Below are positions 9,235 through 19,153 of a stretch of DNA of 64,000 nt, piece after piece (the first letter of the stretch is position 1; the number at the start of each line of letters is the position of its first letter). The position numbers and the translations under genes were made by a program. Source of the stretch: a virus; the IMG/VR virus record IMGVR_UViG_3300006990_000014; one strand, 5' to 3'. The notes under the pieces were generated by a model. It was not told where the DNA came from. It saw only the letters and a program-made list of their open reading frames with translations, and did not search any database.

Positions 9235-12200
9235 ATGAATTTTACTTGTGCACATATATCAGACGTTCATTGGCGTGGTCTAAAAAGACATGAAGAGTAT
9301 AAAGCCGTATTTGAAAAATTATTTAAAAGACTTCGTGAAGAAAGCCCAGATTTAATTTTTATTGGCGGTGACATTGTACATTCAAAAACACAAGGTATTT
9401 CGCCAGAGTTAATTGATAATTTAAACTGGTGGTTTAAAAGCTTAGCTGATATTGCTCCTACTCATATAATACTGGGAAACCATGATGGTCTTATTTTAAA
9501 TAAAGACAGACAAGATGCAATATCTCCTATTATTAGTGCCTTAAACAATCCTAATATAAAGCTCTACAAGGAAAGTGGTGTATATCCAGCTTTTACAACG
9601 GCTGACAATAAAGTAATTAACTGGTGTGTTTTTTCATGCTTTGACGAAGAAAATTGGATAAACGTTAAACCTGTAAAAGGTGATATTAACATTGCCTGTT
9701 TTCACGGAGCAGTTTGGGGTTCAAAAACTGATATTGATTGGGAACTTGAGGGCGAAGTAAATCTTTCTTTTTTTGAAGATTACGATTTTTCTTTTTTAGG
9801 AGATATTCATAAAAAGCAGTATTTAGACGATGAAAAAAGAGTAGCGTATCCAGGTTCAACAATTCAGCAAAACTACGGTGAAGATATCAAAAAAGGATTT
9901 TTGCTTTGGAACATTAAAAACGCTAATGAATATGACAGTAAGTTTATTTCAATAGAGAATCCTAGTCCTTTTATTACAATTGACTGGAAAGGTTCTGTTG
10001 AAAAAACTATACCCTATCTTGCAAAAGTAAAGAGTAAGTCTAGATTTAGAATCAGATCAAATAATAACATCTCACAAGTAGAAATAAAACTTCTCCATCA
10101 TTATCTAAAAGAAGAGAAAAAAGCAAAAGAAATCGTATACCAGAATACAGGTAAAGATAGCTTTGAAGTTAAAAATATCAGCAAAGAAAAAGCAGAAATA
10201 TTTGATGTAAGATCAAAATCAAGCAGAAAAAATTTAATTTCTGACCTTTTAGGCGAAACAATTCAAGATGAATTAAAAGAAACCGTTAGTAGTTTATTTG
10301 ACAAATATCTAGACCAAATACCTCAGAACTTGGCATCTTTTGTTAACAAAGACTGGTGTATAAACAATATTAAGTTTAATAACACATTTTCTTATGGGAA
10401 AGAAAACTATATTAATTTTGATAAATTAAATGGTGTGGTAGGTGTTTTTGGAAACAATAGGGCAGGAAAATCCTCTATTCCTGGAACTTTGATGTATTGC
10501 TTATTTAACAGTACAGACAGAGGATCGATTAAAAATCAGAGTATTGTTAATACTAGAAAAGGTTTTTGTGATGCAGAAATAGAATTATCGTATAACTGCG
10601 AAAAGTATAGTGTTAAAAGAAAAACTGTTAAAAAGTCTAAAAATAATGGAGAAATTTCCTCATCAACAAGTCTTTCTTTAAAGAACCTAAATAACAACTC
10701 TGATAAAACAGAAGAACAAAGAAGAGAAACTGAAAAAATACTTAAATCTATGATTGGCACTCCAGAAGATTTTCTTTATACTTCTTTTGCATCACAAGGA
10801 GAAATTAATGCTTTTATAAAAGAAAAGTCGAGCGCAAGAAAAAGCGTCTTGGCAAAATTTTTAAATTTAGATTTATACGAAGAGCTTTACAAAAAGTCTA
10901 GAGAAGATTATATTGTTTTAAAAAATAAATACAAAAACATTAAAGAAGAAAACTGGGATCAGATAATTGAAAACTATAACTCTGACATAAATGAAAATAA
11001 AAACGAAGAAAATAAAGCAAAAAATTTCTTGTCACAATTAAGAGAAAAAGAAGTTAAGCTTAATGTTGAAATTGCAAGTCTTAAAAAAGACGAAACAAAA
11101 CACCCATCAGGTTATACTTTAAAGTCAGCTGAGAGTGAATTAAAGTATCTAAGTAGTAAAATAGAAGAAAACAAGTCTAATGTTGACAAATATAGATTGC
11201 TAATTGATCAAGATTCTACTTTGCTTAAAAAGATCAATATTTTTAAATCTAGCTTTTCTATAGATGATATTGAAAAAGAAAAAAAGAAGCTTGATTCCCT
11301 TAGGAAAAAACTCGACAATTTTAAACGAAGCAAGGTAATTGCTGAGGCAGAAACTGATAGAAATAAAGATAGACTTAAAATACTAGAAGAGGTACCATGT
11401 AATGAAGAATATTCAAGTTGTAAATTTATAAAAGATGCTTATCAGTCAAAAGAAAACATTTCTTCTTTAGAAGAAGAAATTAGATCAATTGGTTTAAACG
11501 TATTAGAGATATCAAGTGCTGTTAAGTCTATTGAAAAGCAAGATTTAGAAGAAAAAATTAAAAAGTTCAATAGTGTTCTTAATAAAGAGTATAAAGCTAA
11601 TGTTGACACTGAAAGAAACCAAGAAAAGCTAGAATTATCTTTAAACAATATAGAAGCACTTAAATCAAAGACCAGAGAATTAGAGAAAATACACCAAGAG
11701 CTGTTAGCAAACAACAATGATGATTTAATCATAAAGATGAAAAAAGTTAAACAGGAGTTAAATAATACAACTTCTAAGATATTGTCCCTTGAAAGCAGTA
11801 TCATTGAAATTAATAAATGTATATATGAAATTGAAAGCAATATAGTACGATGCAAAAATAAAAAAGAAGAATATTATAGTTTAATAGACGAGTGGAAGTC
11901 TTATGATTTGTTTTCTTTTGCAGTTTCAAAAAAAGGCATACCTACAATGTTGATAAACAATAGTTTGCCTTTAATAAATAGCGAAATCAATAAAATTTTA
12001 TCAACAGTTACTACGTTTAGTATAAATTTAGAAGATGATGGAACTAATTTAAATGTCTATATAGATTATGGGGATTCAAAAAGAATTATAGAATGTGCTA
12101 GTGGTATGGAAAAAATGATGGCTTCAATTGCTATTAGAGTTGCATTAATAAGTATTTCTTCTTTGCCGAAGTCTAATATTTTTATAATTGATGAAGGCTT

Positions 12201-12372
12201 TGGTGCATTAGACTCTTCAAACATTGAAGCTTGTTCTAGACTTCTGAAGAGTCTTAAGAAATACTTTAAAACAATAATGATAATTTCTCATGTTGACTCA
12301 ATCAAAGATATAGTAGATAAAAATATCGAAATAAACAGAAAAGGAAACGACTCACATGTCGAATATAGATGA
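9235..12372 (+). CDS. Mre11/SbcD nuclease - Rad50/SbcC ATPase fusion (T4 gp47-gp46-like)
   Basis: Phosphoesterase motifs HISDVH, GGDIVH, LGNHD, FHG, GDIH, YPGS; Walker A GNNRAGKSS, long coiled coil, signature CASGMEK, Walker B IFIIDEGFGALD, H-loop ISH. Start placed at ATG 9235 behind AAGGA. Confidence 0.9.
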   Translation: MNFTCAHISDVHWRGLKRHEEYKAVFEKLFKRLREESPDLIFIGGDIVHSKTQGISPELIDNLNWWFKSLADIAPTHIILGNHDGLILNKDRQDAISPIISALNNPNIKLYKESGVYPAFTTADNKVINWCVFSCFDEENWINVKPVKGDINIACFHGAVWGSKTDIDWELEGEVNLSFFEDYDFSFLGDIHKKQYLDDEKRVAYPGSTIQQNYGEDIKKGFLLWNIKNANEYDSKFISIENPSPFITIDWKGSVEKTIPYLAKVKSKSRFRIRSNNNISQVEIKLLHHYLKEEKKAKEIVYQNTGKDSFEVKNISKEKAEIFDVRSKSSRKNLISDLLGETIQDELKETVSSLFDKYLDQIPQNLASFVNKDWCINNIKFNNTFSYGKENYINFDKLNGVVGVFGNNRAGKSSIPGTLMYCLFNSTDRGSIKNQSIVNTRKGFCDAEIELSYNCEKYSVKRKTVKKSKNNGEISSSTSLSLKNLNNNSDKTEEQRRETEKILKSMIGTPEDFLYTSFASQGEINAFIKEKSSARKSVLAKFLNLDLYEELYKKSREDYIVLKNKYKNIKEENWDQIIENYNSDINENKNEENKAKNFLSQLREKEVKLNVEIASLKKDETKHPSGYTLKSAESELKYLSSKIEENKSNVDKYRLLIDQDSTLLKKINIFKSSFSIDDIEKEKKKLDSLRKKLDNFKRSKVIAEAETDRNKDRLKILEEVPCNEEYSSCKFIKDAYQSKENISSLEEEIRSIGLNVLEISSAVKSIEKQDLEEKIKKFNSVLNKEYKANVDTERNQEKLELSLNNIEALKSKTRELEKIHQELLANNNDDLIIKMKKVKQELNNTTSKILSLESSIIEINKCIYEIESNIVRCKNKKEEYYSLIDEWKSYDLFSFAVSKKGIPTMLINNSLPLINSEINKILSTVTTFSINLEDDGTNLNVYIDYGDSKRIIECASGMEKMMASIAIRVALISISSLPKSNIFIIDEGFGALDSSNIEACSRLLKSLKKYFKTIMIISHVDSIKDIVDKNIEINRKGNDSHVEYR

Positions 12373-12622
12373 AATTGAATGGATCGATGCTGGTAACAAT
12401 GAAGAAGAAAGAACATATAAAAACATGACTTTTTATAGAGTTAAAGGTGACATACCTGTAAGTCTTGACTGTCAAATTTGCAAAAACTTGATCTATACAG
12501 TTGAAGATGTTGAAAGAGTAAAGAAAGAAAATTGCTGTGATACATGTTATAATACTTATTATTATAGTAATAAAGAAAAATGGGAACAAGGCTGGCGACC
12601 TAAAATAAGTAACAAATATTAA
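12356..12622 (+). CDS. Small zinc-finger-like protein
   Basis: 88 aa with CQIC and CCDTC; overlaps end of the Mre11-Rad50 gene. Confidence 0.5.
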   Translation: MSNIDEIEWIDAGNNEEERTYKNMTFYRVKGDIPVSLDCQICKNLIYTVEDVERVKKENCCDTCYNTYYYSNKEKWEQGWRPKISNKY

Positions 12623-12650
12623 ATTTAATTAATAATTATAATAATTATAG

Positions 12651-12658
12651 TATAAATA
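12651..12658 (+). promoter_or_regulatory. Candidate late promoter (exact T4 late consensus TATAAATA, preceded by two ATAATTA motifs)
   Basis: Intergenic, just upstream of the SD of the 12672/terminase operon; AT-rich background limits specificity. Confidence 0.35.
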
Positions 12659-12671
12659 AAAGGAAAACATC

Positions 12672-13049
12672 ATGGAATATGATTTAGTATCAAACTTAGG
12701 CAATGCAATTGACAATGTATTTAACTATTCAAATGGTCAAGATAGTTCTAGAAAAACAGTTGCAAAACTTATTAACAATAAAGAAATGTCTATAACTTTT
12801 ATGTCTATTGTTAATGTTGCTAGAGAATCAGATTTACAAGTTCAAGTAGTTCATATAAATAAAGAATCCAATCACCACATTACAGCAAGACTCAACCGCA
12901 TAAAAAAAGAGTTTAAATCTTGTGCTGGTCGACCTTTAAAAACAAAAAAGATAGGTGAGTCAGATTCTTTTGAGGCAATAACAACAAGCTCATTTAGTCA
13001 TTTTAAAACTTACAAAGTTTGCTATACAAAGACTTTTGAGGTTTCTTAG
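12672..13049 (+). CDS. Hypothetical protein upstream of terminase
   Basis: 125-aa ORF with AAGGA SD; no recognisable motif. Confidence 0.6.
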   Translation: MEYDLVSNLGNAIDNVFNYSNGQDSSRKTVAKLINNKEMSITFMSIVNVARESDLQVQVVHINKESNHHITARLNRIKKEFKSCAGRPLKTKKIGESDSFEAITTSSFSHFKTYKVCYTKTFEVS

Positions 13050-13051
13050 TA

Positions 13052-14677
13052 ATGAGTAAAAACTCTGGGACCAAAAGAGGTCAAATTTCTGAAATTATAA
13101 AGTGCGGAAAAGACCCAATATACTTCATGAACAAGTATTTAAAAATACAACATCCGTTAAAAGGTTTGATCCCGTTCGCAACTTTCCCTTTTCAGGACGA
13201 TTGTGTAGAAGACTTCAATGATCATCGATTTAATGTAATTCTTAAGTCTAGACAGCTCGGTTTGTCAACACTTGTAGCAGCTTATGCAGTATGGCAGGCT
13301 GTTTTCTATAAAGAAAAAAATATTTTAATTATAGCAACAAAGCTAGCTGTTGCACAAAACTTTATAAGAAAAGTAAAGACTTACATTAAATCAATGCCTA
13401 AGTGGTTATTGGTACCAGAAATTGTTGCAAACAACAAGCAACAAGTTGAATTTTCAAACGGCTCTCAAATCAAAGCAGTCCCTACTTCTGAAGACGCAGG
13501 ACGATCAGAGGCTCTCTCTTTGCTTATTGTAGATGAGGCTGCTTTCGTAAGAAACTTTGATGAGTTATGGATGGGTTTGTACCCTACACTTTCAACAGGC
13601 GGTAGAGCAATACTTTTATCTACACCTAACGGTGTTGGCGGACAATACCATGATATTTACGTCAAGGCTGAACGAAAAGAAAACGAATTTAATCCTATAA
13701 AGCTTTTATGGGATGTTCACCCAGAAAGAAGTGACGAGTGGTTTGAAAAAGAGACTAAAAATATGTCTCAAAAACAAGTTTCTCAAGAACTTCTTTGTGA
13801 TTTTTCATCTTCAGGTGACACTTTTTTATCAGCTGATGTTTTGGATAAAATTAGAATACTAACAAAACAACCTATGGAAAAAAGTGGTCCTCAAGGAAAC
13901 GTGTGGTACTGGTCGTACCCAGTTCAAGGTGACAAATACATGCTCTCAGCTGATATTGCCCGAGGTGATAGCGGTGACTATTCAACTTTTCATGTAATTA
14001 ATCTTAAAGATTTAACCATTTCAGCCGAATTTAAAGGAAAAATACCTCCAGATCAATTTGGAATTTTAGTATATGATATTGCGAGAAGATTTAATGAAGC
14101 AACTATATGCCCGGAAAATAATGCATATGGGTATACAATGCTTATTAAATTGGGTGAGTTAGGATACAAAAATATTTATTTTTCTTCTGAAAGAGAAAGA
14201 TACAAATATCTTTATGGTGAAGGAAATAATTTAGGGAAAGCTGGTTTTACTACTAGTAAAGAAAGTAGAGACAAGATACTTGCAAACTTTGAAGAAAGTT
14301 TAAGAAACAATAGAGTAAAAACATATTCAAGCAGACTCTATCAAGAATTAAAAACTTTTATTTGGAATGGTAAAAAGATAACAGCTATGAAAGGTTACAA
14401 CGACGATTTAATAATGTCGCTAGCTATAGGCTGCTATCTTTCAGAAAGTAATTCTTCAAAGTATAACGCTACTCAAATGCAGCAGTCTGATGAGATTTTA
14501 AAAGGTATGAAGTTTAACAATACGAGTCAAGATGATACAATGTTATCACCTTTTTATTATAATAATCAGAATTCTTTTAACCCGTTTATTCCAGTAAATT
14601 TGCCTCAAAATAAATTTAATAAAGAAATAAGCAAAAAAAACCCATTGGGTGATTTATCATGGCTGATAGGAAAATAA
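13052..14677 (+). CDS. terL: Terminase large subunit (T4 gp17-like)
   Basis: Walker A LKSRQLGLS, Walker B LLIVDEAAF, motif III STPNG, nuclease SADIARG and DDLIMSLA. Confidence 0.95.
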   Translation: MSKNSGTKRGQISEIIKCGKDPIYFMNKYLKIQHPLKGLIPFATFPFQDDCVEDFNDHRFNVILKSRQLGLSTLVAAYAVWQAVFYKEKNILIIATKLAVAQNFIRKVKTYIKSMPKWLLVPEIVANNKQQVEFSNGSQIKAVPTSEDAGRSEALSLLIVDEAAFVRNFDELWMGLYPTLSTGGRAILLSTPNGVGGQYHDIYVKAERKENEFNPIKLLWDVHPERSDEWFEKETKNMSQKQVSQELLCDFSSSGDTFLSADVLDKIRILTKQPMEKSGPQGNVWYWSYPVQGDKYMLSADIARGDSGDYSTFHVINLKDLTISAEFKGKIPPDQFGILVYDIARRFNEATICPENNAYGYTMLIKLGELGYKNIYFSSERERYKYLYGEGNNLGKAGFTTSKESRDKILANFEESLRNNRVKTYSSRLYQELKTFIWNGKKITAMKGYNDDLIMSLAIGCYLSESNSSKYNATQMQQSDEILKGMKFNNTSQDDTMLSPFYYNNQNSFNPFIPVNLPQNKFNKEISKKNPLGDLSWLIGK

Positions 14678-14680
14678 TCA

Positions 14681-16687
14681 ATGGCAGATAGTAACAGTTT
14701 ATTTAAGAAACTAACAACTCTATTCAGATCTGGTCCCGTTGTTAGACGCAAAATTAAAAAAATACAAAATCAGAATTCTTATTCTAAGTCTTCTTTGGAG
14801 GTTTTTAAGAAAGCGCATAGTGACGTATATAATTCTACTCTCAGAGCTTACGGCTCTTATGATAGAATGGCAAGATACTCAGATTTTTCAGAAATGGAAG
14901 CAACGCCAGAAATTAGCTCGGCATTAGATATTTACGCAGAAGAATGTGTCTCTCCAGATGTTGAAGGTCAAGTTTTACATATTTATTCTGAAAACAGGAA
15001 TATCAAAAAGCTTCTTAATGAGCTTTTTTATGATACACTTAATATTGACTTTAACTTAGTTATGTGGACAAGAAATCTATGTAAATATGGTGACTTCTTT
15101 CTGTTTAATGATATACATCCTGAAGAAGGAGTTATTAATACATTTCCTATTCCGATATCTGAAATTGAAAGAGAAGAAGGTTTTGATAATGATGATCCAG
15201 GTGCTGTTAGATTTAGATGGATTACACAAGGAAACAGAGTATTAGAAAATTGGCAGGTTTCACATTTTAGACTTTTAGGTAGCGATGCATTTTTACCGTA
15301 TGGTTCTTCTGTTTTAGAAGGCGCAAGAAGAGTTTGGCGACAGCTAATTCTTATTGAAGATGCTATGCTTGTTTATCGTGTTATTCGATCACCTGAAAGG
15401 CGTGTTTTTTATATTGACGTTGGTAATATACCTCCAGAAAACATTGCAGACTATCTAGAACAAGCACAGACTTCGCTTAAAAGAAATGCTGTAGTTGATA
15501 AGACAACAGGCCAAGTCGACTTAAGATACAACCCGCTATCAGTCGACGAAGATTATTTCTTACCTGTGCGTGGTGGAGACACCGGTACAAGAATTGATAC
15601 GCTTGCAGGAGGCTCTAATACAACTGCTATTGAAGATGTTGAATATATACAGAAAAAGTTATTTGCTGCATTAAAAGTCCCAAAAGCTTATTTAGGTTAC
15701 GATGAAGATATCGGTGCAAAAGCTACATTAGCGCAAGAAGACATTAGGTTTAGTAGAACAATCCAAAGAATACAAAAAACAATTATTTCTGAACTTAATA
15801 AGATTGCAATGATTCATTTATATGTAAATGGTTACACAGACGAAGACCTGTTAGACTTTAACTTAAAGTTAAGTAATCCTTCGAGTATTGCACAGCAGCA
15901 AAAACTAGAGCTAATAAGGACAAAATTTGAAATATCAGCTCAGGCACCAGAAGGTTTTGTTGATAGAGAGTGGATTAGAAAACATATTTTAGATCTAAAT
16001 AACGATGAAATATATAGAATTGAAAGAGGCAGAGAAAAAGATAAAATAAGAGATATGGAGCTTGAAGCAGTCCAACTCCCAGAAGACAAAATTAATCTTT
16101 TTGGCGACGAAAACGAAGGTGGAGGAGATGACTCAGGTGGAGGAGATGACTCAGGTAGTCTTTTCGGTGGAGGAGATAGCGGTGACTCAGGAGACTCCGG
16201 AGGAGATGACAGTGGTGGAGACCTTTCAGACCTTTTCGCAGGAGAGATTAAAAAAGGCAGCCTTATGTCAGAAGAAGAACTTTCCCAATATGACGAGCTT
16301 TTAGAGGAAGATGATAGCGAAAAAGACAATAAAGATAAGAATCCTATCAAAGCTTCAAATAAAACAAGAGGTAAAAGAAAGCAAAGCATGAATGGTAATA
16401 CACCTATATACGGAGTAAGTGCCAAAGACATAAACAAACTAGGTGATTTACCTAAGGTTATATCTGTTAAAGATCTTAGCTCAAAAAATATATTTGACAG
16501 TATAATGCCACAAAGTCCTATTGTTGACAGCTTTATTGACAGGCAGATATCTAGAAGAGATTCAATTGACTTAAATAATTTATCTAATAAACTAAACTTA
16601 AATACAAATAAGCTTTTAAAAGAGTCAAACGATAAAGAAATAGATATATTTATAGACGATGACATATTAAATGACGAGGAAGATTGA
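14681..16687 (+). CDS. gp20: Portal protein (T4 gp20-like) with acidic low-complexity C-terminal extension
   Basis: EMEATPEISSALDIYAEE, PERRVFYIDVGNIP, EDYFLPVRG, LFAALKVPKAYL; follows terL. Confidence 0.93.
   Translation: MADSNSLFKKLTTLFRSGPVVRRKIKKIQNQNSYSKSSLEVFKKAHSDVYNSTLRAYGSYDRMARYSDFSEMEATPEISSALDIYAEECVSPDVEGQVLHIYSENRNIKKLLNELFYDTLNIDFNLVMWTRNLCKYGDFFLFNDIHPEEGVINTFPIPISEIEREEGFDNDDPGAVRFRWITQGNRVLENWQVSHFRLLGSDAFLPYGSSVLEGARRVWRQLILIEDAMLVYRVIRSPERRVFYIDVGNIPPENIADYLEQAQTSLKRNAVVDKTTGQVDLRYNPLSVDEDYFLPVRGGDTGTRIDTLAGGSNTTAIEDVEYIQKKLFAALKVPKAYLGYDEDIGAKATLAQEDIRFSRTIQRIQKTIISELNKIAMIHLYVNGYTDEDLLDFNLKLSNPSSIAQQQKLELIRTKFEISAQAPEGFVDREWIRKHILDLNNDEIYRIERGREKDKIRDMELEAVQLPEDKINLFGDENEGGGDDSGGGDDSGSLFGGGDSGDSGDSGGDDSGGDLSDLFAGEIKKGSLMSEEELSQYDELLEEDDSEKDNKDKNPIKASNKTRGKRKQSMNGNTPIYGVSAKDINKLGDLPKVISVKDLSSKNIFDSIMPQSPIVDSFIDRQISRRDSIDLNNLSNKLNLNTNKLLKESNDKEIDIFIDDDILNDEED
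16118..16156 (+). repeat. 18-bp tandem repeat (GGGDDS x2) in portal C-terminal tail, followed by degenerate copies
   Basis: GGTGGAGGAGATGACTCA at 16118-16135 and 16136-16153. Confidence 0.85.
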
Positions 16688-16688
16688 A

Positions 16689-17513
16689 ATGCCTAAGCAT
16701 CATAATAAAAAAAGAAATATTGGAATTATATATGAGCAAATTATAAATTTTGTCTCTGAGTGTTTAATTAACGAAAATAAAAAAGATGCTGAAGTTGCTA
16801 TCAATATTATTAAAAATAATTTTACTAAAAATAGTCAGTTATATAAAGAATATAAACTTTTCAAAGCACTATCAGATACACACCAAGTAACTGATCAATT
16901 GGCAACAATGATTATTACAGAAGCTAAATCTGCCTGTAATAATATGTTTAATAGTAACCAGCTAGAAAAAGAAAAATCTAATTTAATTAAAGAACTAAAT
17001 TATACATTCGGCAAAGGTACAATATTTAGTAAAAAAATATCTAACTATAGAATTTACGCCACAATCCAGACTTTATTAAATGAGTGGCGAGAAAATACAA
17101 ACAACTTTGATAAAACTACTGAATACGAAATTTTACTTCATGAAAGCTTAACAGAAAAAAGTCTAAAAGAAGAAAAAAAGCCTATTAAAGTTGATAAATT
17201 AACATATTCCTTGATGAAAGAAATATTTAAAAAGAAGTATTCTTCCAATCTTAATGAAGACCAAAATAAATTAATTTCTTTATATATAAACGAAGATTAT
17301 AAATCTTTAAGTGAAAATTATACTCTAATAAAGAAAAGAATTAAAAATTTCTTAGAAAATAAAATTGTGAGTCTAAATAATCAAATTATCTTAGAAAAAA
17401 AAGACAGTGTAATTAATAAAATAAAATTACTTAAAGAAAATGACTTTTCTAAAGAAAACTTGCAAAAATACTTACTGGCTTTAAAATTAGAAGAAGAAAT
17501 TTTAGGAGAATAG
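16689..17513 (+). CDS. Conserved hypothetical protein between portal and protease (possible prohead core protein)
   Basis: HHNKKRNIGIIYEQ N-terminus; occupies the position of T4 core genes; start placed at ATG 16689. Confidence 0.55.
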   Translation: MPKHHNKKRNIGIIYEQIINFVSECLINENKKDAEVAINIIKNNFTKNSQLYKEYKLFKALSDTHQVTDQLATMIITEAKSACNNMFNSNQLEKEKSNLIKELNYTFGKGTIFSKKISNYRIYATIQTLLNEWRENTNNFDKTTEYEILLHESLTEKSLKEEKKPIKVDKLTYSLMKEIFKKKYSSNLNEDQNKLISLYINEDYKSLSENYTLIKKRIKNFLENKIVSLNNQIILEKKDSVINKIKLLKENDFSKENLQKYLLALKLEEEILGE

Positions 17514-17514
17514 A

Positions 17515-18117
17515 ATGGGAACGCAAAGACTGATTACAGAATGGGTAAACTTTGAATATGACCCAAAAATCATTAAAGAGCAAAGACAGCCAGGGCAACC
17601 TTTGATTATGAAAGGTATCTTACAAAAAGCTGAGACTTTAAACCAAAACGGCAGAGTTTATCCTAAGTTAATTCTTGAAAGAGAAGTTAGAAATTATCAG
17701 AAATTTATAAAAGAAAACAGAGCTTTAGGCGAGTTAGATCACCCAGACTCTTCAGTTGTTGAACTTAAAAATGCTTCTCACAATATAAAAGAAGCTTATA
17801 TTGAAGGTAATATTGTATACGGAACAGTTGAAATACTTAATACACCAAGCGGAAAAATACTACAGTCTTTAGTTGAAAGTGGTGTTACATTAGGTATTTC
17901 TTCGAGAGGTGTTGGGAGCACAAAGACTCAAGGTGATATGCAAATTGTACAAGATGACTTTCAACTTATTTGTTGGGACTTTGTTAGTGAACCTTCAACT
18001 CCTGGCGCTTTTATGATGAAAGAAGGCAAAGAAGTTTCTCCTCAGTTTATAAATAATGTATTTAACAAAACAGATAGAATAGATAGAATTTTTAATGATA
18101 TATTGGAGTGGAAATAA
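17515..18117 (+). CDS. gp21: Prohead core protease (T4 gp21-like)
   Basis: GILQKAETLNQNGRVYP, ALGELDHP, LGISSRGVGS, WDFVSEPSTPGAF. Confidence 0.93.
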   Translation: MGTQRLITEWVNFEYDPKIIKEQRQPGQPLIMKGILQKAETLNQNGRVYPKLILEREVRNYQKFIKENRALGELDHPDSSVVELKNASHNIKEAYIEGNIVYGTVEILNTPSGKILQSLVESGVTLGISSRGVGSTKTQGDMQIVQDDFQLICWDFVSEPSTPGAFMMKEGKEVSPQFINNVFNKTDRIDRIFNDILEWK

Positions 18118-18641
18118 TGGCTGAAAACGATCGCAATACACGAGTACCAAGACCTTCACATAATTATGTACCTGAATATCAACAAAGTGGTATTCCTTTT
18201 GTAAGAACCGTTGAGATTATAGGTGACAATGGTGCAGATGCCAGAAATGATGGTAATGCAGTTATAGCTCAAGTAAAGTTTGACTTTTTAACTAGATGGA
18301 TTATTTTAAGATGTCAAACAGGAACAGTAACTATAGGATTTAACAATGACAACGGTAAAGGAGTAAATTCTACAGCAACACTGTTTGACGGTGGTAATGG
18401 TGTTGTAGAAGCTGATGCTGATGGGGATAATGCTGCTGTAAAGTTTGATCAGAAAAAATCATCGTTTATAACTTTAGCTGCTGGGGAAGATTCTCCTCGC
18501 TTAGAAATAAAATGCAAAGAATTATTTATAAAAGGTGCAGCTATCGGCAACAAAGTAGAAATTATTGCTGGGTTGACAAACATAAGATCATTAGATTTTC
18601 CTGATCAAAAAGCTTCAAACGGATTTACGGGTGTAGAATAA
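18117..18641 (+). CDS. Hypothetical virion protein (beta-rich)
   Basis: TAATG coupling to protease stop; YQQSGIPFV...FLTRWIIL...RLEIKCKELFIKG. Confidence 0.55.
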   Translation: MAENDRNTRVPRPSHNYVPEYQQSGIPFVRTVEIIGDNGADARNDGNAVIAQVKFDFLTRWIILRCQTGTVTIGFNNDNGKGVNSTATLFDGGNGVVEADADGDNAAVKFDQKKSSFITLAAGEDSPRLEIKCKELFIKGAAIGNKVEIIAGLTNIRSLDFPDQKASNGFTGVE

Positions 18642-18642
18642 T

Positions 18643-19074
18643 ATGGCAAAAGTAAATAGAAGCATGCTTAAAAGCATTGTTAAAGAATGTTTAGTAGAGT
18701 TACTAGCTGAAGGTTTAAGTGAAGGAGATACTTCTTCTTTAAATGAAAGCTTAACTTCTAGTTTTTCTACACGAAAAACAAAGCAGAAAATGAAGCAGAA
18801 TAAAAGCAAAACAACAGACCAGGTATTTAATCCTAGTTTTGAGAAAAAGACGAAACAGATCATTTCTCAGGTTACTAATGATCCTATTATGGCTTCTTTG
18901 CTTGAAGATACTGCACAGACTACTTTGCAAGAACAAAACTCAGCTGATCGTCCAAATCAATTTGCTGGAAAACCTAACGATACTTATAGCCAGATTGCAA
19001 GTGAGTCTGATCCAATGGAAATGTTTGGTGAGGCTTCTAATAAATGGGCAACACTAGCATTTACAGATAAATAA
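18643..19074 (+). CDS. Putative prohead core / accessory scaffold protein
   Basis: N-terminal LKSIVKECLVELLAE helix; C-terminal KWATLA matches scaffold C-terminus RWATLA. Confidence 0.45.
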   Translation: MAKVNRSMLKSIVKECLVELLAEGLSEGDTSSLNESLTSSFSTRKTKQKMKQNKSKTTDQVFNPSFEKKTKQIISQVTNDPIMASLLEDTAQTTLQEQNSADRPNQFAGKPNDTYSQIASESDPMEMFGEASNKWATLAFTDK

Positions 19075-19153
19075 CATTATTTTTTAAATTTATCTCATTT
19101 AGACATATTTATTTCTATGCGAATATTTAAAATTAAAAAACACAGGAGATTTT

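Noticed and set aside
12672-13049. Small terminase subunit
   Set aside because: Position fits but no helix-turn-helix or oligomerisation motif is recognisable; left as hypothetical
15940-16665. 241-aa minus-strand ORF with SSPPPES repeats
   Set aside because: Antisense shadow of the portal low-complexity tail; no SD
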